Positions 30,820 through 40,480 of a stretch of 64,000 nucleotides of DNA are shown in pieces. This DNA comes from an uncultured Chroococcidiopsis sp. (GTDB lineage Bacteria > Cyanobacteriota > Cyanobacteriia > Cyanobacteriales > Chroococcidiopsidaceae): NCBI GenBank assembly GCA_964248365.1, contig CAXTYC010000003.1, positions 128,001 to 192,000 on the forward strand. The letters run 5' to 3'. The stretch's first letter is position 1; each line of letters begins with the position of its first letter. Made by a program: the position numbers and the translations under genes. The notes beneath the pieces are model-generated. The model saw nothing but the letters and a program-made list of their open reading frames with translations. It was not told where the DNA came from and did not search any database.

Positions 30820-32372
30820 GCCGAATTCTACTGTTTTTGGAGCAGACAGAAAACCGCCGCTTGCTGAAGGAGTGGCTAGAAATACATTATCAGGTGTTGC
30901 TTGGTGATGCTCAGGTACAGGCAAGAGATGCTGTTCCCTTGCTCGATCAACCTTTCGACTTATGCATTCTCGATGGTGTTGCTTTGGATCATCTTTGGGA
31001 ATGGGTGCAAGCACGAAAAAAGGTGGAACAGCCAGTTTTTCTTCCTTTTCTCCTAATTACTCCTCACACTGATGTAAAAATGCTTACTCGGCACTTGTGG
31101 CAGAGTGTTGATGAATTGATCACTAAACCAATTGAGAAGTTGGAATTGCAGGCGCGGGTAGAAATTCTGTTGCGATCGCGCCAATTATCCCTACAACTCA
31201 AACACACTAACGAGCAACTGCAAAATGAAATCTCTCAACGCCAGTTAGCCGAAACCCAAAAAGAAATAGCGTTCCATGAACTACAGGAAAGTGAAGCACG
31301 GTTTAGGCACTTAGTTGAATTCAACATGATCGGAATTATGTTAGCAGATACTGGTGGCAAAATTAGAGAAGCTAACGATGCCTTACTGAATATAATAGGT
31401 TACACAAGGGAAGATCTGCTTTCAGATAATATTCGTTGGGACGAAATGACTCCGTCAGAATATCGCCTTGTAGATGAACAGGCGATTGAGCAACTTAAAA
31501 TGACTGGGGTTTGTCCACCTTTTGAGAAGGAATTCATTCGCAAAGATGGTAGTCGGGTTTCCATTTTGATAGGTGCTGTGCTTTTAGATGGTTCCCAAAC
31601 TGATTGTGTTGGCTTTGTCCTTGATATTAGCGATCGCAAACAAGCTGATGCAGAAATTCGCAAGGCTTTAGAACAAGAAAAAAAACTGGGTGAACTCAAA
31701 TCCCGTTTTGTTTCTATGGTGTCTCACGAATTTCGCAACCCACTCAACGCTATCTCAGTTTCTGCACAACTACTAGAACGTTTTGGTGAGAAATGGTCTA
31801 AAGAGAAACACTCCGATTTTTTCCATCGCATCAAAACATCTGTTGGTAGGATGACTGATCTTTTAGATGACGTGCTGCTCCTTGGTAAAGCCGGAGCGGG
31901 GAAGCTACAGTTCAACCCCACATCGCTCGATCTGAAAAATTTTTGTTCCAATTTAGTAGAAGAAATCATCCTCAGTACTGGGAACAAAAATACAATTGCC
32001 TTTGAGATTCACCGAAAATGTACAACACCTAAAATGGATGAAAGTTTATTGCGATACATCCTGATTAATTTGCTTTCTAATGCTATTAAGTATTCGCCCG
32101 TAGGTAGTACGGTTCATTTTGAAGTTTTCTGTCAAGATAAAACAGCTATTTTTAAAATTAGAGATGAGGGTATTGGCATTTCCCAAGAAGACCAACAACA
32201 ATTATTTCAATCATTTTATCGAGCGAAAAATGTTGGTACAATTCCTGGTACGGGACTAGGGTTAGCTATTGTCAAGCAGTGTGTAGACTCGCATGGCGGT
32301 GCGATCGCCGTTGCAAGTGAAGTTAGTGTAGGCACTACGTTTACTGTCACCCTACCACTTGATAAAGTTTAG
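30816..32372 (+). CDS. Hybrid histidine kinase (atypical REC-PAS-HisKA-HATPase)
   Basis: DLCILDG..ITKPI; PAS with RKDGS; VSHEFRNPL; NLLSNAIKYS; GTGLGLAIV; ATGA overlap with the REC gene. Confidence 0.92.
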   Translation: MSRILLFLEQTENRRLLKEWLEIHYQVLLGDAQVQARDAVPLLDQPFDLCILDGVALDHLWEWVQARKKVEQPVFLPFLLITPHTDVKMLTRHLWQSVDELITKPIEKLELQARVEILLRSRQLSLQLKHTNEQLQNEISQRQLAETQKEIAFHELQESEARFRHLVEFNMIGIMLADTGGKIREANDALLNIIGYTREDLLSDNIRWDEMTPSEYRLVDEQAIEQLKMTGVCPPFEKEFIRKDGSRVSILIGAVLLDGSQTDCVGFVLDISDRKQADAEIRKALEQEKKLGELKSRFVSMVSHEFRNPLNAISVSAQLLERFGEKWSKEKHSDFFHRIKTSVGRMTDLLDDVLLLGKAGAGKLQFNPTSLDLKNFCSNLVEEIILSTGNKNTIAFEIHRKCTTPKMDESLLRYILINLLSNAIKYSPVGSTVHFEVFCQDKTAIFKIRDEGIGISQEDQQQLFQSFYRAKNVGTIPGTGLGLAIVKQCVDSHGGAIAVASEVSVGTTFTVTLPLDKV

Positions 32373-32653
32373 TTAGTAGATTTCGTATGCCACCCATGCC
32401 CACCCTACATTGTAAATATTTATTGTGATTGTTATCAGCAAAACAATTATTTCTTATTTAACATAGTTTAATTTTAAATTAAGCTTTCAGCCTGATTTTA
32501 CTTATTAAATCTTAATTAGATATTATTAAAACTACCAAGTAGTTTAGAAGTTTAGTAGTCATTTACACAACAGAAAAATTACAACTGAGCCATGACATAC
32601 AGGTAGTATTCGCCATTAGTCAATAGTCAATAGAGGTGAAGGGCGATTGGGAG

Positions 32654-32720
32654 AAGTATAAAGTATGAAGTATGAAGTATGAAATCTAACTGGTAACTGG
32701 TAACTGGTAACTGGTAACTG
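32654..32720. repeat. Heptamer arrays (GAAGTAT)n and (TAACTGG)n
   Basis: Direct reading. Confidence 0.85.
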
Positions 32721-32738
32721 AATAAAGTGGCTTGAAAA

Positions 32739-32885
32739 ATGCAAAGCACTAATCTAGAACAGCAGATGGCTGCAACAACAATTGAACTAGCTGCATCAAA
32801 TGAGCAGTTAAAGCAGGAAATCGCCTCTGGCCAGCGTTCCGTTGCCCTCTTGCGACAGCAAACCGAGTGGGCAAAATTGGGGAGA
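32739..32885 (+). pseudogene. Orphan signalling coiled-coil fragment, in frame with the downstream gene
   Basis: NLEQQMAATTIELAASNEQLKQEIASGQRSVALLRQQTE resembles LEQRV..RTAEL..NEQLQQEIAERQR sensor linkers. Confidence 0.5.
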
Positions 32886-32954
32886 AATTACCGCAATACC
32901 TCTTTACCCATTACCAACTACCAACTACCCATTACCAACTACCAATTACCAATC

Positions 32955-33788
32955 ATGCGATCGCAGTGGGAATGTTTGCTGCAAAACCTGGGAGAATGGC
33001 AAGGTTCATTTACTCGCTTCTCGCCCCAGGGAGAACTAATAGAAGATACTCCTACCGTCGTTTCTTTTGAGGGGCTGAACAATAACCAGACAATGCGCCA
33101 AATTGTCCGCCGTTTTCCAGCGAATCAGCCACCAGATGAAAAAATTTTGGAATATAGTTCTTTGGGACGGAGTATTTTGCTGTTTGAGAATGGAGCATTT
33201 TCTAATGGTTCTGTCCAATTTGCTCCTTTTTCAGAGTTTGGTGCGGAATTAGGTTTGATTAGTGGCGAATGCCGTTTACGTCTGGTGCAGCTATTCAATG
33301 AAAATAGTCAACTCGATAGAATTACACTCATTCGGGAAAGACTCGCTGGTACAACAACAGCAGAACGCCCCCCACTGACTGTAGATGATTTGGTGGGAGA
33401 ATGGCAGGGAGAAGCAGTGACGATTTATCCAGACTGGCGATCGCCTGATAAATATCCCACTGGGCTACAAATAACTAAAAATGGTGAAAATCAAATCAGT
33501 CAGCAGCTAACAATTTATCAGGGAAATTCATCTCGCATCATTAGCTCTTCTGCCAAAATAAAAGGTTCGATCCTCTGCTTTGACAGCGGTTCCCACCCAA
33601 TTCAAGTATTGCTACTACCTGACGGTGCTTCTTCCACCTCTCCCCAGCAGATAAAAGCGGGTGAGGCTTTTTTTCTAGAAGTTGGTTGGCTGCTTCAACC
33701 CAATCTGCGTCAAAGGCTGATTCGTCGCTATGACGACAAGGGAGGATGGTCTAGCTTAACTTTAGTTACAGAGCATCGAGTCGGTTAA
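32955..33788 (+). CDS. DUF3598-type beta-barrel protein
   Basis: MRSQWECLLQNLGEWQGSFTRFS; second repeat LVGEWQG; FFLEVGWL..RQRLIRRYD; ORF track extends upstream to 32739. Confidence 0.8.
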   Translation: MRSQWECLLQNLGEWQGSFTRFSPQGELIEDTPTVVSFEGLNNNQTMRQIVRRFPANQPPDEKILEYSSLGRSILLFENGAFSNGSVQFAPFSEFGAELGLISGECRLRLVQLFNENSQLDRITLIRERLAGTTTAERPPLTVDDLVGEWQGEAVTIYPDWRSPDKYPTGLQITKNGENQISQQLTIYQGNSSRIISSSAKIKGSILCFDSGSHPIQVLLLPDGASSTSPQQIKAGEAFFLEVGWLLQPNLRQRLIRRYDDKGGWSSLTLVTEHRVG

Positions 33789-34010
33789 ATTCGCGCATTG
33801 CACTGGTCTTTTTTTGTTTCACGCAAAGGCGCATTCGCGAAGCGTTGCCGCAGGCTAGGCGCAAAAGTTGGACGCAAAAAGTAGCTAAGGGTTTAACCGA
33901 TATATTCATTGCTAGCAAATCTCCTCAAAAACCCGCCCCTACTGCATGGTGCGTTAGGCTCATAACTCTCTACTCCCTACTCCCTACTATACACAACCGA
34001 GGCAAATGCC

Positions 34011-34481
34011 GTGAAAATCGAGTTTTTAGCTGATTGTCCAGAAATTATACCTGCGATCGCCTGCCTACAACAGCTAGAAATGAGACTGGGAGAAAAATCT
34101 AACTAGGACGGTGCGATCAAAAAATTTAGTCTACGTCTGAATCGAGTAAATTTGCCTCTGACTTTAGTTGCTTTTGTGGATACGCTACCCGTTGGTAGTG
34201 CAAGCTGTGTTGATTGCGATTTACCCTTCTATTCAAACCTCAAACCTTGGCTTGCTTCCCTATTTGTTGCCACTCCTTATCAAAAGCAAGGTATCGGTTA
34301 TCAACTTATACAACAAATCGAGTTAATTGCTAACCAAATGGGTTATCAGCAGCTCTACTTATTTACCTGGACAGCAGAAGCATACTACCACAAACTAGGG
34401 TGGACTGTAATTGATACAACCCAGCCAAAAGGACTACCACAATCAGTAATCATGCAAAAGACCTTAAAAAATTTCCCTTAG
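34011..34481 (+). pseudogene. GNAT acetyltransferase with in-frame TAG at 34104-34106
   Basis: GTG start with GAGG RBS: MKIEFLADCPEIIPAIA...SN*DGAIKKF...LPLTLVAF...WLASLFV...QKQGIG...YYHKLGW in one frame. Confidence 0.78.
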
Positions 34482-34610
34482 TCACCTTGAAAATCTTAAA
34501 TCTAACTCTTAGCGCCTTCGCGTCTACCCTGCGCGAAGCCACTTGGTGTCTATGCGCGACATAAATCTAAAATCCGACCATCGCTATAACTTCCGATTAT
34601 CCCCCTTGTC

Positions 34611-35594
34611 CTATTCAGTAAACCCTACAACTGGCTTCGACTTAACTTCTAGATCTGGTAGTCCTTCCAGCTTTTCCATTGGAGAAGGTGGGGCTGCTTC
34701 TTTTGGCACAAAAATGGTTAATCCGCCAGGTATACACTCTACATCTATGGGCGTTTCACCCATAACTTCTCCATCCACAACCACTTTTTGCAAGGGGTTA
34801 GTGCGGATAATTACTCGTCTAGCTCTGATATAACCAATGTCATCTCGATCAGCCGAATTTTCATTCAAGGCTGTTTGGAGTAAGTGGTAAGAAGCAGCGA
34901 TCGCCCCTGCTCGACTTACGGGAGAAACTACAGTTACATCGAGCAACCCATCATCAAAGATCACCCCAGCAGGACCTTGAGCCAAAATTGAAGTTGGCGG
35001 TGCTGCATTTGCTACGGTAACAGCAGATGCCGTTACAGTAATAACTTTATCTTCAGTTTCAATTTCTGCCGTAAAATGATCCAACTCTCTTAGCTGTTGC
35101 AGCCCAGCCATTACGTAAGCAAGCATTCCGAAGCGCTTTTTTGCCGTGCGGTCAGCTTTTTCTACTGTTTCCGCCTCAAACCCAATTCCAGCTAGTAACA
35201 CCATTGGCAAACCGTTACACACAGCTGCATCAACTGCCCTAGTTGCACCACCCAAAATTGTCTCGCAGGCAGCTTCTATTGTGTCTGGTAGTTCCAAAGC
35301 CGCAGCAAAAGCGTTAGCTGTGCCGCGAGAGATTATTCCCAAAGGTATATTTTTTCCTACTAAAGCATTGGCAGCAGCAGATAAAGTGCCATCACCACCA
35401 GAGGCAATGATTGCTTTTGCACCATCGGCGATCGCTTCGGATGCGATCGCATCTGCACCCTTTTCTTCTGTCGTCAACCGAATATCTAAATCGATTTCCG
35501 GTTCTAATAGCGATCGGATGATTGCTAAATCTTGCTCTGGGTTACTTTGACCAGCAACCGGATTAAAAACCAGGCAGGCTGTTGTTCGGCTCAT
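34611..35594 (-). CDS. Diacylglycerol kinase-family lipid kinase (YegS/BmrU)
   Basis: VFNPVAG, SGGDGT, GTANAFA, VVDGE. Confidence 0.92.
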   Translation of the reverse strand: MSRTTACLVFNPVAGQSNPEQDLAIIRSLLEPEIDLDIRLTTEEKGADAIASEAIADGAKAIIASGGDGTLSAAANALVGKNIPLGIISRGTANAFAAALELPDTIEAACETILGGATRAVDAAVCNGLPMVLLAGIGFEAETVEKADRTAKKRFGMLAYVMAGLQQLRELDHFTAEIETEDKVITVTASAVTVANAAPPTSILAQGPAGVIFDDGLLDVTVVSPVSRAGAIAASYHLLQTALNENSADRDDIGYIRARRVIIRTNPLQKVVVDGEVMGETPIDVECIPGGLTIFVPKEAAPPSPMEKLEGLPDLEVKSKPVVGFTE

Positions 35595-35801
35595 AGCAGT
35601 TTACAAAACTTGCAATTACTGTCATAGGGGCTATTGGCGGCGGGTCTAGTCTGAGCTAAAAGAATTGCCTTTTCACAGCACAAAGACCATTGTTAAAGCA
35701 AATACAGCATCAGATATAGCAACCAAGCGAATTTATTTTTTACTAAACTAGCAGCTGAGCGTTAAACCTTATCCCTATCTAAAGTTACAAATATTTACCT
35801 C

Positions 35802-36056
35802 ATGCCAGACCCTTTAATGTATCAGCAGGATGTCTTTGTCGTCCTAGAACCCAATCAACCGGAGCGATTTCTGACCGCGGCAGAATTGCAAGAATTACTC
35901 AAGGTAATCTTGAGCCAGCGGCAGGATTTGCCCCCCTACCTGCAAAAGTTTACCTCAGTTGATGCACAGGCGCAGTATTTAATAGACACTAGCTGTGAAT
36001 TGGATCTAGATCCAGGTCAATACTTACAGTGGTATGCTGTGCGCTTGGAAAAGTAA
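35802..36056 (+). CDS. crr7: Chlororespiratory reduction 7 protein
   Basis: FVVLEPNQPERFLT...LIDTSCELD..LQWYAVRLE. Confidence 0.82.
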   Translation: MPDPLMYQQDVFVVLEPNQPERFLTAAELQELLKVILSQRQDLPPYLQKFTSVDAQAQYLIDTSCELDLDPGQYLQWYAVRLEK

Positions 36057-36168
36057 AAAAGGGAAAAGGGAAAAGGGAAAAGGAGTTGTGGAGTTGTGTA
36101 GTTGTGTAGTTGTGTAGTTCTCCCCCTCTCCCCCCTGCCCCCCTGCCCCTCTGCCCTCTTAAACGCCC

Positions 36169-36714
36169 CTACTTCGCTGATATCAGTGCCAATTCAATCT
36201 CATCCTCAGCAGGCTGAGTCAGTTGTACCTTTACGCCAGGACCAAAAAAGCTTTCCATCTTTTCCTGCTTCTGCTGCCACCGTTCAAAGGGAATCATAGG
36301 AGAATCAAATTCTAGTACCAATGCATAAGCACCCTCAAAGTCAGTTTCCCGTATGCTTTTAATTGTTGGTCTTTCCTCGTCTGTAGGACTAAGACCTAAG
36401 TGAGATAAAGAGGTATCAAGATGTGCCTCTTGACCGTAACGATATCGTGTAATATCTTGACGAATTTGATTTTGCGTAGCAGTTGCTTGCTGCTCGCGTA
36501 AGGCAAGAACTTCTGGTGTAGTTGGCTGGCTGAATGGTACTGGCTTTAGTTCAGCTATGTTAAGTGCCAAACCTCCTAGCAAAAGAGGAATTCCATAAAA
36601 AAAGCCGACCAAATTTAGTGTAGGTTTACCAGCAAAATAGGCAGCAAACCCTACAACCGTTAAAAATCCACCCACAACTAAGCCCAGTTTTCCCAAAGAA
36701 ATTTGACGGAACAT
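36169..36714 (-). CDS. DUF2854-type membrane protein
   Basis: GFFYGIPLLLGGLAL..AELKP..RYRYGQEAHLD..FFGPG. Confidence 0.8.
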   Translation of the reverse strand: MFRQISLGKLGLVVGGFLTVVGFAAYFAGKPTLNLVGFFYGIPLLLGGLALNIAELKPVPFSQPTTPEVLALREQQATATQNQIRQDITRYRYGQEAHLDTSLSHLGLSPTDEERPTIKSIRETDFEGAYALVLEFDSPMIPFERWQQKQEKMESFFGPGVKVQLTQPAEDEIELALISAK

Positions 36715-36852
36715 GATAATCAGCTACTATAAATTGCAATCACTTCAGCTTTATTATCATCTTCTTTTCCCTCCTGCTGGGGAAGCGTGGGCAGAGCAAT
36801 AATCTTTGCTGTTCTACTACAATGTATGCAGAGTCAACCAAGGAATGAAAGA

Positions 36853-37035
36853 ATGGATCGACAAACCCTGCGAGAAAGAATTGCCTTGATTGAAGGTAAA
36901 AGAGAGTCGCTATTAAATTTATTGGAACAACCCAACTTGGGAACACTCAGAATTGATGTCAATCAAGCTTTGGAAGAAATGGATGAGCTGATTGATGAGT
37001 TTAAACGCACTTTTCCAGAGCAGGAAAGTAGTTAA
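36853..37035 (+). CDS. Small helical hypothetical protein
   Basis: MDRQTLRERI..LGTLRIDVNQALEEMDELIDEF; ATG 36853. Confidence 0.7.
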   Translation: MDRQTLRERIALIEGKRESLLNLLEQPNLGTLRIDVNQALEEMDELIDEFKRTFPEQESS

Positions 37036-37050
37036 TTGTCAAAAAGATAG

Positions 37051-37083
37051 TAGTAGCCTACTTTCATTTGCTGTAGGCTGCTA
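37051..37083. terminator. Hairpin between convergent genes
   Basis: TAGTAGCCTAC...GTAGGCTGCTA. Confidence 0.55.
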
Positions 37084-37155
37084 ATTATTAACTGCTAATT
37101 GTGCAACTATCAGCCAATTGCAACACATTCAATTATCTAAAATCATTCATGTCGC

Positions 37156-37560
37156 TTAAGCAGTAGTTATGCGCTGACCTAATTCCTTAATCATATGAAT
37201 CAGATCTGTAGTAGCTGTATCTTTTTTGCAAAAGGCATCCAAGCTACTTGTGGTTTCTATTTCCCTCAGCTTTGGATCTTCCAAAGATGAGTAGGCGATA
37301 ATTTGAATATTTGGGTTAATATCTTTTATGTGAGTTGAAGCACTCCAGCCATCCATTACAGGCATTTGTAAATCCAGAACGATCACATTAGGATGGTGGC
37401 GGTTCACCATTTCGATCGCTTCTTGACCATTACTTGCTAAACCAACTAGTTCTATATTCTCTTGGCTAGAAAGAGCTAACTTTAAAGTGAAACGAGTAAG
37501 TTCATGATCGTCAACGACCAGAACTCGTAGGGTAGAAGGGTGACATGACAACATTAACAT
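37156..37560 (-). CDS. Single-domain response regulator (NarL-like REC, no output domain)
   Basis: VLVVDDH, IVLDLQMP, IIAYSS, FCKK; start uncertain (37554-37569). Confidence 0.88.
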   Translation of the reverse strand: MLMLSCHPSTLRVLVVDDHELTRFTLKLALSSQENIELVGLASNGQEAIEMVNRHHPNVIVLDLQMPVMDGWSASTHIKDINPNIQIIAYSSLEDPKLREIETTSSLDAFCKKDTATTDLIHMIKELGQRITTA

Positions 37561-37722
37561 CCCAGACAATTAAAGAAAACAAAAGAATTAGGCATATTTA
37601 ACCTAATAGTGTATGAGGGTAAGAAGTGGAATCACCTCTATCCTCTGGTTGAATCCCTAAATGCATTTATTGCAAATCCGAGCATCAGGGGCATTGGCTT
37701 ATCTTGCTGTGTACCTAAGATC

Positions 37723-37751
37723 CTAGTTCCCAGGCTCAGCCTGGGAACTAG
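37723..37751. repeat. Palindromic repeat / hairpin just after ppk1
   Basis: CTAGTTCCCAGGCT-C-AGCCTGGGAACTAG. Confidence 0.75.
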
Positions 37752-37757
37752 AGGGAT

Positions 37758-39923
37758 TCATGTTGTACTGGCACTTGCTTGCGCCATTTCCATGAAGATT
37801 TTTTGGGAACTCGATTGCCCAGAATTAGCAGCAGGACGACGTTGGATATAGCGTCCATCTGGCTGTAAATCCCAAGCCCCGCGGTTATCTGCTAACATGA
37901 CACCAAGAATTTCTTGCAAATCTTTGGCAATATCTGGGTCTTCAACAATTGTAATTGCTTCAACCCGTCGATCTAGATTACGGGGCATCCAGTCAGCACT
38001 ACCAATATAAATTTCTTCTTGACCGTTGTTATGAAAGTAAAAAATGCGGGAGTGTTCTAGAAAGCGCCCGACAATACTAATGACGCGAATATTTTCACTT
38101 ACTTCTTTCACGCCAGGACGCAAACAGCACATACCTCGTATAATCAGGTCAATTTGTACTCCAGCACGTGAGGCTTCATACAGGGTAGCGATGATTTGCG
38201 GATCGACTAGAGCGTTCATTTTGGCAACAATCCGACTCCTGTCACCGTTTTGGCAGTGTTCGATTTCGCGCCGGATCATGGCAATCATGCGATCGCGCAA
38301 GTTGACTGGTGCAACCAATAGTTTACGATAAGACTGTTGTCGCGAATAACCTGTCAAGTAATTGAACAAATCTGTCAAATCAGCCCCTAATTCTTCTCGA
38401 CAACTAAACAAACCCAAATCTGTGTAAATCCGTGCTGTTTTTGGGTTATAATTACCAGTCCCAATGTGGACATAGCGGCGGATACGGTCTGCCTCCCGTC
38501 GCACTACCATGACAATTTTGCAATGGGTTTTTAGTCCTCCTACACCATAAACTACATGAACTCCTGCCCTTTCTAACCGCCGCGCCCAGTAAATATTGTT
38601 CTCTTCATCAAACCGAGCTTTCAGTTCCATCAATACAGCTACCTGTTTACCATTTTCAGCGGCGGCGATTAGAGCATTCAAAATTGGTGAGTCACCAGAG
38701 GTGCGGTAAAGCGTCATCTTGACAGCAAGCACATCTCGGTCATAGGCAGCACTGGTAATAAAACGCAATACTGTAGCGGAAAAAGAATAATAGGGATGGT
38801 GTACCAACAAATCTCGTTCCCGAATGATCGAGAAAAAGTCGTTTCCTTCCTCAGATTCTGTGGCATTGGGGATAGCAACAGCACTACTAAGGCGTTGCAA
38901 ACGGGGTGGTATTACAGATTTCCAAGGTGAATCTTTGAGAAAAGGTAGATCTAGTGCCATAAATGACATTAGATCCCCCAGTCCCAGCAGTCCATCTATT
39001 TCATAAACTGCCCTTTCTTCGAGATCCATTTCCCGCACTAGTTTACTGCGTACGAACTCAGGCATTTGGGATTGAATTTCTAGCCTGACTACCGTTCCTC
39101 CAATGCGTCGTTTGCGTAGTTCCTGCTCTATTGCTACTAGCAGATCATCTGCTTCATCCTCTTCCAATTCCAGGTCAGCATCACGGGTAATTCTAAAAGA
39201 GTGACATTCCTGAATATTCATCCCAGGAAACAGCGATTCTAAGTTATGAGCGATCACTTGTTCCAGAGGAACACCAGTCCAGGGAGCAGGTTTTTCATCG
39301 TGCTGCATTCGCAGTTCCAAGGGCAGAGGTACAAACCGAGGCAGGACATTGGGAACTTTCACCCTGGCAAATAATTCTTCGTCAGTTGCAGGATTTTTCA
39401 CCACCACTGCCAAATTTAGGCTGCGATTAGAAATAAAAGGAAAAGGATGACTCGGATCGACTGCCAAAGGTGTGAGAACGGGAAAAATTTGCTCTTCAAA
39501 GTAGCGTTGCAGGTAAGTCCGCTGTTCTTGAGTCAGGTCGATGTAGTCAAGGATGTAGATACCTTCTCGTGCTAGTGCGGGTCTTAGTACTTGCTCAAAA
39601 TGCCGATGTTGTTGCGCTACCAAAGGACGCAGGCGCTGACTAATTGCCTCTAGTTGTTCAGAAGGGGTGCGACCATCTGGGCTTAATTTGCTTACTTTGG
39701 CTGCAACAGATTCTTGCAGTGCAGCAACGCGCACCATGAAGAATTCATCTAAATTAGCGCTGAAGATTGCCAAAAACTTGAGTCGCTCCAAAAGAGGCGA
39801 TCGCGGATCACAGGCTTCATGCAATACTCGGTTATTAAATTCCAACCAACTTAATTCACGGCTGAAGTAGTATTGTGGATCGCCCAAATTAATTTCTGTA
39901 GCAGCTTTCTTAGTTTTAGGCAT
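37758..39923 (-). CDS. ppk1: Polyphosphate kinase 1
   Basis: RELSWLEFN, NLDEFFMVRV, HHPY, ELKARFDEENN, KTHCK, GRFLEHSR, RNLDRRVE. Confidence 0.97.
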   Translation of the reverse strand: MPKTKKAATEINLGDPQYYFSRELSWLEFNNRVLHEACDPRSPLLERLKFLAIFSANLDEFFMVRVAALQESVAAKVSKLSPDGRTPSEQLEAISQRLRPLVAQQHRHFEQVLRPALAREGIYILDYIDLTQEQRTYLQRYFEEQIFPVLTPLAVDPSHPFPFISNRSLNLAVVVKNPATDEELFARVKVPNVLPRFVPLPLELRMQHDEKPAPWTGVPLEQVIAHNLESLFPGMNIQECHSFRITRDADLELEEDEADDLLVAIEQELRKRRIGGTVVRLEIQSQMPEFVRSKLVREMDLEERAVYEIDGLLGLGDLMSFMALDLPFLKDSPWKSVIPPRLQRLSSAVAIPNATESEEGNDFFSIIRERDLLVHHPYYSFSATVLRFITSAAYDRDVLAVKMTLYRTSGDSPILNALIAAAENGKQVAVLMELKARFDEENNIYWARRLERAGVHVVYGVGGLKTHCKIVMVVRREADRIRRYVHIGTGNYNPKTARIYTDLGLFSCREELGADLTDLFNYLTGYSRQQSYRKLLVAPVNLRDRMIAMIRREIEHCQNGDRSRIVAKMNALVDPQIIATLYEASRAGVQIDLIIRGMCCLRPGVKEVSENIRVISIVGRFLEHSRIFYFHNNGQEEIYIGSADWMPRNLDRRVEAITIVEDPDIAKDLQEILGVMLADNRGAWDLQPDGRYIQRRPAANSGQSSSQKIFMEMAQASASTT

Positions 39924-40030
39924 AACATTAGATGAAGAAGGTTAAAGGTTAAAGGTTAAAGGTTAAATCAATTCCTTTCCCCTTCCGCTTTTAGGTCAAA
40001 AGTAGAGCAGGCCAACTTTTGAGCGGATGA

Positions 40031-40240
40031 TTAGTCGCCAAATGCCTCTTTTTCAATTCCCACCCACCATTCACCCAAGTTCATCAAGTCTTGGTGAATA
40101 TCTGCCAACTCCTGGGCATATTCTTCTGAGGAAATCGTGTCACGCTCTTTGAGTTTCAAAAGACGCAGTTGAATCAACAGCCAAGGCTTAGAAATACTGT
40201 CTGTTGCTTCGAGGTACTGCGCCAGTTCATTACTATCCAT
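40031..40240 (-). CDS. Small hypothetical protein
   Basis: MDSNELAQYLEATD..KPWLLIQLRL..DLMNLGEWW; start 40240-40255. Confidence 0.7.
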   Translation of the reverse strand: MDSNELAQYLEATDSISKPWLLIQLRLLKLKERDTISSEEYAQELADIHQDLMNLGEWWVGIEKEAFGD

Positions 40241-40288
40241 TATTGGCATTCGCATACACAGCCTGCCCTCAGTTTACCTATAACCAAT

Positions 40289-40320
40289 AAAAAACAGCCA
40301 CGCCCATAGGGGTGACTGTT
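40289..40320 (-). terminator. Intrinsic terminator downstream of sod
   Basis: Minus strand AACAGTCACCCC-tat-GGGCGTGGCTGTTTTTT. Confidence 0.65.
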
Positions 40321-40328
40321 CTGAATGA

Positions 40329-40480
40329 TAGGGACTGGAGGCTAGAGGCTAGGGGCTAGAGGAAGCGGGAAAAAGGGAAAAGGGAAAAGGGTAAACATTA
40401 AAGGTTCAAACTTCATCCTTCACACTTCAAACTTCATCCTTTATAATTTCCCTAACCCCTAGCCCCTAGTCCCTAGTCCC
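40329..40480. repeat. Heptamer mosaic with complementary outer arrays
   Basis: (GGGCTAG)n ... (CCCTAGN)n enclosing GGGAAAA and CTTCANN arrays. Confidence 0.8.

Noticed and set aside
34104..34106. Programmed amber recoding in the GNAT gene
   Set aside because: No pyl genes or recoding signal visible; a nonsense mutation is simpler
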